DNA from: Mycobacteriales bacterium
GTDB taxonomy: Bacteria > Actinomycetota > Actinomycetes > Mycobacteriales > Nakamurellaceae
Direction of reading: 5' to 3'
NCBI GenBank assembly: GCA_038229825.1
Contig: JBBROB010000013.1
Location: forward strand, 84,065-148,064
DNA: 64,000 bases
The notes beneath the pieces were generated by a model. It did no database searches. It was not told where the DNA came from and saw only the letters and a program-made list of their open reading frames with translations. The position numbers were made by a program, and so were the translations under genes. The number at the start of each line of letters is the position of its first letter. The stretch's first letter is position 1. Below are positions 48,819-56,491 of this stretch, in pieces.

Positions 48819-49769
48819 GTGATCGACCACCAGAATGCAGTCGATTGCCCGCCTGGCCTGGCGGTCGTCACTCTCTGTCCCAGCCCTACCGCGGCCGAGA
48901 TCGCCGAACTTGTCGAACACCATCTGACGCTGGTCGGCGTCTTGGTCTCCGAACGACTACGTAATGTGCCCGCTCACATCCGCCGCGACGACCTGATGTC
49001 CGCTGGCATGATGGCCCTGGTGCTCAGCGCGGGCGCCTTTGACCCCCGGCGCGGATTTCCCTTCCGGAGCTTCGCCACCTATCGGATTCGAGGCGCCCTG
49101 ATTGACGAACTCCGGGCGATGGATTGGGCTTCCCGATCGGTGCGGAGCCGGGCTCGTGAGGTGGAAACGATCCGCGCCCAGCTGACCGCGGCGCTGGACC
49201 GATTGCCCAGCAGCGACGACATAGCCGACGCCCTGGGGATCAGCACCCGCGAGCTCGACGCGCTGTACGCAGACCTTGCCAGGGGCACCGTCCTCAGCCT
49301 GCAGGGTTTCGCCACCGATGCTCTCCCCGACACCCCGGCCAACCACGCCGAGTGTCCGGAATCGCTGCTCCTGCACCGCGAGCAGATGGGCTACCTGCAC
49401 GACGCCATTGCGGCACTGCCCGAACGCCTGCGTTTCGTGGTGGTCGCCTACTACTTCGGGCATCGCCAGATGAGCGATATCGCCTTGGAGATGTGCGTCA
49501 CCCAGTCGAGGGTGTCCCAGATGTGCGCCGAAGCCACCACGCTCCTCCGCGACGGCATGAACTCCCAACTCGACCCCGAGGCATTGCGGCCGCTGGTTCA
49601 GACCGGACGCGCGGCGTCTGCCAGAAGTGCCTACTATCAAGCGCTTGCCAAGCGCAACACGGTTGCCGGGCGACTTGACATGTCCACCCCCCAGGGTGAA
49701 ATGCGGCGCGGAATCTACGCCGAGCAGGTCGAACACCTCGCACCGATGGAGCGTGCCCGGATCGCCTGA
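48819..49769 (+). CDS. Sigma-70-family sigma factor, group 3 (FliA/WhiG-like)
   Basis: Region 2 'DDLMSAGMMALVLSAGAFDPRRGFPFRSFATYRIRGALIDELR', region 3 'IADALGISTRELDAL', and region 4 'LPERLRFVVVAYYFGHRQMSDIALEMCVTQSRVSQMCAEA'. The start is uncertain: GTG 48819 was chosen, and the ORF is open from 48603. Confidence 0.7.
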   Translation: MIDHQNAVDCPPGLAVVTLCPSPTAAEIAELVEHHLTLVGVLVSERLRNVPAHIRRDDLMSAGMMALVLSAGAFDPRRGFPFRSFATYRIRGALIDELRAMDWASRSVRSRAREVETIRAQLTAALDRLPSSDDIADALGISTRELDALYADLARGTVLSLQGFATDALPDTPANHAECPESLLLHREQMGYLHDAIAALPERLRFVVVAYYFGHRQMSDIALEMCVTQSRVSQMCAEATTLLRDGMNSQLDPEALRPLVQTGRAASARSAYYQALAKRNTVAGRLDMSTPQGEMRRGIYAEQVEHLAPMERARIA

Positions 49770-49888
49770 CCGCTCGCCTCGTCGGTATGACACCGCTGGC
49801 GCTGGCGTTCAAAAGTTCGGCCGGCCCTGGTGGAGGGCGCCGGAAGCGCGCCCGGGGTGTGGCGACGCCCTCCAGCAACGTCGGTCGG

Positions 49889-50830
49889 CTACCTGGTGAC
49901 CGTGACGATCGAGCATCCCAGCGCTCTGGGGACCGTGTACGGCCCATCCGGCAGTCCGACCGTGCAGATGGTGTGCCGACCGGCGGTCGCCGCGACGGCG
50001 AGGGCGAATCCGTGGTTGCCCGCGATGTGAAACACCCGGAACACGTCTGCTCTGGGGTTGCGGGCCGGCGTCGTGACGACGCGTCGCCCGTCCACCAACA
50101 CGTTGACCGTATTGCTGGCCGTCGGACGATGCGGATCAAGTGACCAGCCCACCACGCTCGCACGCAGTTTTCCACCCGACGCTGCGTCGAGGTGGCCGAT
50201 GGCGGCGACGGTTCTTGGGGTGACCACCGCCTGACCGGGCTGGACGGCGTCAGTGAACTCGATGGTGTTCCACGTTCCGTGGGACCCGCTCACGGTGCCC
50301 GTTCCCAAATAGTGGAACTTCCGGTTGAGGATGTTCGCGCGGTGCCCGGGGGAGCGCATGTATGCCTGGAAGAGACCGGCGGCGGAAGCCGCGGCCGTCG
50401 AGACGGTGCCGACGTTCTCGCCCCAGGTGCTGCGGTTGGCGGCGCCGAAGATGGTCAGGCTGTTCCAGGCCCCGGCGTTGTGCATCAGCTGATATCCGGT
50501 GGCGCCGCTGTTCATGCGACGGGACCAGGCCAGCGCGAGCTGGGTCAGGCCTCTGGCCTGGGTCAGCGGCGGGCTTCCGGCTTGTTGCCTGGCCTGATTG
50601 ATCAACCGGGTCATGGCTTGGTCGAAGGAAACCACCTGCGGCGCTGCCGCTGCCGCGATGGCCGCGGTCCTGGCGGGAGTCGCAGAAACGGCCGGCGCGC
50701 TGACCAGGGACGCACTGGCCGCCGTGGCGAGGGCAAGCGCCAAGGCAGCGACCCGGCTATGTCTGGCACCGCCAAGCTTGTCGGGCCGTTTGCTGGTCGG
50801 ATCCACTACGGGCTGAGTTGATGTGGGCAA
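49889..50830 (-). CDS. Secreted CAP/SCP/PR1-like domain protein with an extra C-terminal domain
   Basis: TTG start preceded by GGAGAA. Signal peptide 'AALALALATAASASLVSAPAVSA'. CAP motifs 'LALAWSRRMN', 'MHNAG' and 'YMRSPGHRANILNRKFHYLGTG'. Confidence 0.7.
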   Translation of the reverse strand: MPTSTQPVVDPTSKRPDKLGGARHSRVAALALALATAASASLVSAPAVSATPARTAAIAAAAAPQVVSFDQAMTRLINQARQQAGSPPLTQARGLTQLALAWSRRMNSGATGYQLMHNAGAWNSLTIFGAANRSTWGENVGTVSTAAASAAGLFQAYMRSPGHRANILNRKFHYLGTGTVSGSHGTWNTIEFTDAVQPGQAVVTPRTVAAIGHLDAASGGKLRASVVGWSLDPHRPTASNTVNVLVDGRRVVTTPARNPRADVFRVFHIAGNHGFALAVAATAGRHTICTVGLPDGPYTVPRALGCSIVTVTR

Positions 50831-51455
50831 GGTTTCTCCAAATGGTCGGACGGCGTACCGGAAGCGCGCAGCCCACCTTTGGGCACCAGGACGATGGTCA
50901 ATCCACTATCTCGAAGTGGTAACGATAAATCAACATGGGCGACCACACACGTTTCGAAGAATTCCAAACTGGAATTCGCCCAAAAGGGGCACGCAAACGA
51001 CCTGACCCGTGGTGAGCTGTGCAGATTCCAACGAAAGTTGGCTGAAGAACCCGGTTATACCGTATTGAATTCGACGGTTATGACGAATCTCACCATTGGC
51101 CGAGCAGTGGATCTTTTGGGTCTCACCCGGCTTCCCTGCTGCATTCGCTGCGCACGCGGGGCCGGCGTCCGACACACGGATGATGGATCGCTACCCGACC
51201 CCTTGCCTCAGGGCGGCGACTTCGTTCCCAAGATCGAATTTGAAATGGGGGACCCGAAGATATGAAGCGGCGAGACACCCGCCGCTGGTGCCCGCCCCGT
51301 AGATGCGTCAACGAGACCCTCTGTCCGGCTTGGCCTCTTCGGACCGGCAGGAAAGAGCGTCCAACACCGCCTCGCCCGTCAACGATCCATGCACGGCTGC
51401 CCCGAGATCGTCCTTGCCACGCCGGTCGGCCGCGGCGCCCGCCGCGACCCAGCCT

Positions 51456-52373
51456 TCAATGCCCTGAACCGGCCGGTGTGCGCGCCGAGTAGGCCCCCGC
51501 GTCGAGGTCCTGGATCAGTGTCGGACCGGTCGGTGTCCAACCCAGCAGTTCCCGTGTGCCGGTGCTGGTTGCCGACAGGTCCATGCCGAAGAACGTTCCG
51601 ATCCAGCCGAAGTGGTCCGGCACATCGTCTGTGTCGATCGAGGCGACTGGCAGGCCGAACGCGCGGCCGATCGCTTCGGCGATGTCGCGGCTCGGAATGC
51701 CGGTTTCGGCGACGGCGTGCAGTCGCGCGCCCGCCGGTGCCTTCTCGAGCCCCAGCGCGACGAGGCGCGCGGCATCGAAGCGGTGCACCGCGGCCCACCG
51801 ATTGGTTCCGGCTCCGGGATAGCCGGAGACGCCCTTCTGCCGGGCGATCGCGGCGATCGCGGCGATGAACCCGTGGTCACCTCCGCCGTGGACGGTCGGG
51901 GCGAAGCGCAGGCTCACGGTGTGCACGCCGCGGTCGACGAACTCGAGCGCGAGATTCTCGCTACCTCCTCGTGGCGACTCCGGGCCGTGGAACGGGGAGG
52001 CGTCCTCCTCGGTTGCCGGCCTGCCGTTGGTCAGGGCGGCGACGCCAGAGGCCAGCAGGAACGGACGGTCACTACCGACCAGGGTGTCGCCGATGGTCTG
52101 GACGGCGGCTCGCTCGGCCGCGTTCGAGGCGGCCGGATTGGACCAGTCGTGCTTGTTGGCCAGATGGATGACGGCGTCGGCGCCCGCGGCGCCCGCGCGG
52201 ATGCTCCCGAGATCGTCGAGGTCGCCCCGCAGGACGCCGGCACTCTTTGCTGCCAGCGCCGCGGCGGAGGCGTCGGACCTGGCGAGCCCGGTGACCTGGT
52301 GCCCGGCGGCGAGCAGCTCATCCACAGTGGCGAAGCCGATCCAGCCAGAGGCTCCGGTGACGAAAACGTTCAC
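51456..52373 (-). CDS. NAD(P)-binding SDR / NmrA-like oxidoreductase
   Basis: 'MNVFVTGASGWIGFATVDELLAAGHQVTGLARS' Rossmann fold. Divergent from a TetR gene. Confidence 0.8.
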   Translation of the reverse strand: MNVFVTGASGWIGFATVDELLAAGHQVTGLARSDASAAALAAKSAGVLRGDLDDLGSIRAGAAGADAVIHLANKHDWSNPAASNAAERAAVQTIGDTLVGSDRPFLLASGVAALTNGRPATEEDASPFHGPESPRGGSENLALEFVDRGVHTVSLRFAPTVHGGGDHGFIAAIAAIARQKGVSGYPGAGTNRWAAVHRFDAARLVALGLEKAPAGARLHAVAETGIPSRDIAEAIGRAFGLPVASIDTDDVPDHFGWIGTFFGMDLSATSTGTRELLGWTPTGPTLIQDLDAGAYSARTPAGSGH

Positions 52374-52492
52374 AGTGTTCTCCTTCGGCCCCGCCCACCG
52401 GACGGAGCGATCGATGCGATCTGGCGACTGATGTCAGCCACAGACATCAACCTACACCCTATGGCAGTCGCTGTCATCACTACACTTGACGG

Positions 52493-53083
52493 ATGATGCG
52501 TTGGGAGCCGGGTGCGCGAGAACGGCTGCAGGCCGCAGCACTCGAGTTGTTTGCCACTCGCGGCTTCGAACAGACGACAGCCACCGACGTAGCACAGGCC
52601 GTCGGCCTTACCGAGCGGACCTTCTTCCGCCACTTCAGGGACAAGCGCGAGGTGCTGTTCTATGGGCAGGATCTTTTCGTCGAGGCCTTCCTGAACGGTG
52701 TTGACGCCGCGCCACCGGACGCATCCCCGCTCGAGGTCATCGCCTCCGCCGTGCACAGCGCTGCGTCCTTCTTCCCGGACGAGCGCCGACCGTACTCCCG
52801 CATGCGACAGTCGGTGATCGAGAAGAACCCTGCACTGCAGGAACGCGAACAGCACAAATCCGCCGGTCTTGCCACCACCGCGGCCGAAGCCCTGCGCAGC
52901 CGGGGCATCACTGAACCGGCAGCCACGCTGGCCGCCGAGTCGGGCGCCACCGTCTTCGGAATCGCTTTCGCACAATGGATCCGGGAAGGGGAGGAGCGTT
53001 CGCTGGCCACCATCGCGGCGGACGTACTCCGCGAACTGCAGCACCTGACCACCCCGGCCGCGGCGTCCAACAAGCTCCGGTGA
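52493..53083 (+). CDS. TetR-family transcriptional regulator
   Basis: 'RERLQAAALELFATRGFEQTTATDVAQAVGLTERTFFRHFRDK'. Confidence 0.85.
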   Translation: MMRWEPGARERLQAAALELFATRGFEQTTATDVAQAVGLTERTFFRHFRDKREVLFYGQDLFVEAFLNGVDAAPPDASPLEVIASAVHSAASFFPDERRPYSRMRQSVIEKNPALQEREQHKSAGLATTAAEALRSRGITEPAATLAAESGATVFGIAFAQWIREGEERSLATIAADVLRELQHLTTPAAASNKLR

Positions 53084-53134
53084 AGCACCGTGCCACCCCA
53101 CCACGGACGCTGACTGCCGGCCCGCCCAGTTGCA

Positions 53135-53359
53135 TCACATCGAAGGCGGCCCGCCTCCGGGTTGATTCGTCACTTCGATGAAGATGACGCTCGCGCATCG
53201 GCCATTGATCAGCAGAACGCTGCCGCTGTCGTCGTCGTCGATGACTACGGTGCGGCCGAGGTCCACCGCCTCCTTCAACTGAGATGTCAGGACACCGAGA
53301 TCCGTTCCGAACGGGACGGGGTAGGAAGCCCCGTCAACTGAGATGCTGATATGTTTCAT
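53135..53359 (-). CDS. Small hypothetical protein (74 aa) translationally coupled to the LAL regulator
   Basis: ATGA overlap (53356-53359) with the regulator stop. 'MKHISISVDGASYPVPFGTDLGVLTSQLKEAV...VVIDDDDSGSVLLINGR'. No family recognised. Confidence 0.45.
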   Translation of the reverse strand: MKHISISVDGASYPVPFGTDLGVLTSQLKEAVDLGRTVVIDDDDSGSVLLINGRCASVIFIEVTNQPGGGPPSM

Positions 53360-56295
53360 GACTGATCTGCCCTTCGCCTGGCGGAATTCCGGTTATCGAT
53401 CTGATGAGCTGACGCATCCAGTTTATGGGCGAGGGCGGCTGCCTGGCCCCGATTATCAACACCCATCTTCGCCAGGATGTTGCTGACATGCACGCTCGCG
53501 GTCTTTTCGGTGATGAAGAGTGTTCTGGCGATCTGCCGGTTGCTCGTCCCTGATTTGAGTAGCCCGAGGACCTCACGTTCTCGGGTGGTCAAACCCATCC
53601 TCTGGGCCGCCGACATCGGCGTCGGCGCGGTGGCCGAAATGGCGACACCGGCCATCTCGGCGAGCTGCTCGATTCGCGCCAGCAGGGGTCGCGCCCCAAG
53701 TTCGTCGGCCTGCCGAGCGGCATCGCGAATAGTGTCATCCAGTCCTGCTTCGCGGCCTGAGAGTTGCGCTTCGGCGAGCCGAAAAAGTGCATAGGCACCG
53801 AGGTAGGGGCGATTCGCAGCTTGGGTCGACGTCGCAGCGGATCGCCATGCCTGTCCATCTGTCCCATCCGATGAACGGGCCAATTCGGCGTCGCAGAGCG
53901 CAATCATCGGTTGGCAGGAGCGCTTGTTCCGGAACGGTTCGACGCAGTCGACAATTTGCAACGCGATGCGGCGCAACTGTTCCCCGTCGATCCCTTCCAG
54001 CAGGCGTAGTTCCTCGCCGGAATCGATGAGTGCACGCAGCGCCAGAGCCGAGAGTCGCGAGAAGGCCTGGCCCCCATCGGTGGAAGGGAATCCGTCCAGT
54101 GCGGCAATAGCCACTTCGAAGGCCTGCCGTGGCTGGCCGTCCCAGAACAGGGCTTCGACCCGACAGATGGTGAAAAGGCCGGTGGCCCAGTACTCGTTCA
54201 ACGACGCCACCCTTGGCGCGTGATCATCCAGGAAGGTCGCCCCACGAACGGCGCCGGTCGAGATGTCAAGATCGGCCCTGATGAGGTCGAGGTAGAGCTG
54301 ATGTCCCCCGGGTGCGACCCTGTCGGCGCCGTCCAGCAGCAACTCCCTCGCTTCCGTCCACCGGCCCAGGGTCAGCAAGGTGGCCGCTGCGTTGCACTTG
54401 AGGATGGCACCGGCGCTGTGCGCCAAGCCATATCGCCGGGTGAACGACAGCCCCTCCATCGCGACGTCGACCGATTCCTGCAGTCGGTCGGCGAGATCCA
54501 GGACGTAGGCCAGGTTGTTGTACGCGCGGCACACATCCTCCAGTGCGCCGGCCTCTCTGGCCTTCGAGAGCGATTCCCTCAGGAACGTGATGCCGCGGTC
54601 TACTTCACCGGTGCTCGCCAGGCTGGTGCCCAGAGTGTTCAACGCGTAACTCAACTCGGGTACCGATCCGACCGTTCTGGCCATGGCGACCGCCCTGCCG
54701 GCGACCGCGATCGAGGTGTCGTGATCACCGCGCAGCATCGAGATCGCTGCCAGCGCAGACAAGGCTCTCGCATGTTCCTTCGACGGGCCGCAGTCGGCGA
54801 GCACCTCACAGCTGCGTCGGGCGGCCAGCAGGGAGGACGGCCCTGACCCGCGCTCCCAGTGGTATCTGGCGAGCCTTTCCCACGCGCGGCTTTCGATCAG
54901 TCCGGCCCCGGTGACCGGAAGGTGGTTCAATGCGGCAGAACTCAGCTCGATGGCCCGATCGAGCTGATCGATCCAGCGCAGCGACTCCGCGAACTCCAAA
55001 TGCAATTCGGCCAGGGCGGCGCCCGAGGCTGACTCCGGACTGCTCACATTCGACAGTTCGACCGCCTTCTCGTACAGTGCGGCCGCATCGGCATAGGCCA
55101 GCCGTCCGGCGGCGGCCCGCGCGGCCACCACGATGGGGCCAAACGCCCGCGCCGGTTGTCCGGCCAACAGCCAATGCCGCGCGACAGCGCCGGCGCAGTC
55201 GCTGGTCAATTCCCGGCCGGGGATCAGCAACGCCTCGGCCAGTGCGCGATGAAGCTCCTGACGTTCGGCCGGGAGCAGTTCGTCGTCGATCACCTCAGCG
55301 AAAAGTGCGTGGCGGAACCTCAGCGAGGTCTGCGAGCGATCTGCAACGAGCAGGCCCGTACGGACGGCAAGGCGGGTAGCCTCGCCGAGTTCGACCGGCG
55401 CGGCCTGACACGCTCGCTCCAGCACGGGGACCGGCAACTCCTGACCGCCGGCAGCGACCAATTGCAGCATTCTTCGGGCCACCACCGGTAGCGGCGCAAC
55501 GCGGGCAGCAACATGATCTCGGAGCGTCTCCGGCAGGGTTCCCTCTGTGCTGCTGAGCACTTCAGCCAGGAACGGATTTCCGCCGGACCGAGCGACAACT
55601 TCCGCCCGCCGTCGGAGGCTGACCTCCGGCATCAGCTGCGCGACCAGATCGGTCGTGTCTTTCTCGTCGAGGGCGGCCAGGTCCAGGCGAAGCACGTTCG
55701 ACTGGAGCCCGGCCATGGCCAGCACGGGCCGCAGCGGATGAGCGAAATGCAATTCGTCGGATCGAAAGGTCGCGATGATCTGCAGGCGCTGACCGTAGGC
55801 GTTTCGGACCAGGAACGCCAGTGCGTCCAGGGTCGCCATGTCCGACCAGTGCAGGTCCTCGAGAGCGAGCACAACAGGGCGGTCTTCGGCCAGTTCGGTG
55901 AGCAGGTTCAGCAACAGCTCGAACAGCCTGGTCTGGGCCGTAGCGGCGTTGTCGTCGGTGGAACCCAGCAGCGGCAGCAAGGGTGCGAGGGCGCTGCGCC
56001 GGGCCGGGTCGAGCCAGTTCACAATGTCCGGATCGTGGTGGATGGTGCGGAGGGCCCCCGCTATCGGACCGTAGGGCAGCGCCCCGTGGTTCAGCGGCTG
56101 GCAACTTCCCAGCAGAACGCGCACGCCACACCGAGTTGCCTGTCCCAGGTGTTCGACGAGGATTCGCGTCTTACCGACCCCGGCCTCACCCGAGACGAAC
56201 GCCGTCTGGGTGACACCGTCGGTTGCGGCCGCGAGAGACTCCAACAGGCTCGCGAGTTGGGCGTCCCGCCCTACCACTCGCGCTCGAGGCGACAT
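53356..56295 (-). CDS. LAL-type regulator (N-terminal AAA/P-loop ATPase, TPR-like middle, C-terminal LuxR HTH)
   Basis: 979 aa. Walker A 'VSGEAGVGKTRIL' and Walker B-like 'VVLALEDLHWSD'. C-terminal 'LTTREREVLGLLKSGTSNRQIARTLFITEKTASVHVSNILAKMG'. Divergent from lanL. Confidence 0.85.
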   Translation of the reverse strand: MSPRARVVGRDAQLASLLESLAAATDGVTQTAFVSGEAGVGKTRILVEHLGQATRCGVRVLLGSCQPLNHGALPYGPIAGALRTIHHDPDIVNWLDPARRSALAPLLPLLGSTDDNAATAQTRLFELLLNLLTELAEDRPVVLALEDLHWSDMATLDALAFLVRNAYGQRLQIIATFRSDELHFAHPLRPVLAMAGLQSNVLRLDLAALDEKDTTDLVAQLMPEVSLRRRAEVVARSGGNPFLAEVLSSTEGTLPETLRDHVAARVAPLPVVARRMLQLVAAGGQELPVPVLERACQAAPVELGEATRLAVRTGLLVADRSQTSLRFRHALFAEVIDDELLPAERQELHRALAEALLIPGRELTSDCAGAVARHWLLAGQPARAFGPIVVAARAAAGRLAYADAAALYEKAVELSNVSSPESASGAALAELHLEFAESLRWIDQLDRAIELSSAALNHLPVTGAGLIESRAWERLARYHWERGSGPSSLLAARRSCEVLADCGPSKEHARALSALAAISMLRGDHDTSIAVAGRAVAMARTVGSVPELSYALNTLGTSLASTGEVDRGITFLRESLSKAREAGALEDVCRAYNNLAYVLDLADRLQESVDVAMEGLSFTRRYGLAHSAGAILKCNAAATLLTLGRWTEARELLLDGADRVAPGGHQLYLDLIRADLDISTGAVRGATFLDDHAPRVASLNEYWATGLFTICRVEALFWDGQPRQAFEVAIAALDGFPSTDGGQAFSRLSALALRALIDSGEELRLLEGIDGEQLRRIALQIVDCVEPFRNKRSCQPMIALCDAELARSSDGTDGQAWRSAATSTQAANRPYLGAYALFRLAEAQLSGREAGLDDTIRDAARQADELGARPLLARIEQLAEMAGVAISATAPTPMSAAQRMGLTTREREVLGLLKSGTSNRQIARTLFITEKTASVHVSNILAKMGVDNRGQAAALAHKLDASAHQIDNRNSARRRADQS

Positions 56296-56436
56296 GGCTC
56301 GAGTATGGCCCAGAGCAGCCCACCCGCGGGCGGTTTTACAAGGGCTCCATCACTAAGTCCGGAAGCCCGCGGGCTAGGTAGTTCTGCCGATGTCAACGGC
56401 GCGCGTCCCGTGCGAATCTCGTTTCACGAACCCCCT

Positions 56437-56448
56437 GGACCATGGTCC
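56437..56448. promoter_or_regulatory. Perfect 12-bp palindrome GGACCATGGTCC, 44 bp upstream of lanL (candidate operator)
   Basis: Self-complementary sequence in the divergent regulator/lanL intergenic region. Two copies of the palindromic octamer CCCGCGGG also occur at 56323-56330 and 56366-56373. Confidence 0.25.
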
Positions 56449-56491
56449 CAGGCAGCACCCAGGTTCGTTCTGACAGACGAGGAGAAATCAG

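Noticed and set aside
50831-51110. Possible cyclic-di-AMP (ydaO-type) or other riboswitch in the 5' leader of the CAP-domain gene
   Set aside because: I read the minus strand and could not find the conserved ydaO core elements or any other riboswitch signature I know. It is kept only as an unexplained long leader in the findings.
50879-51265. 128-aa plus-strand ORF in the gene-poor gap
   Set aside because: It has no RBS at the first ATG, mixed codon usage and no clear domain apart from a short HTH-like stretch. It is not reported as a CDS.
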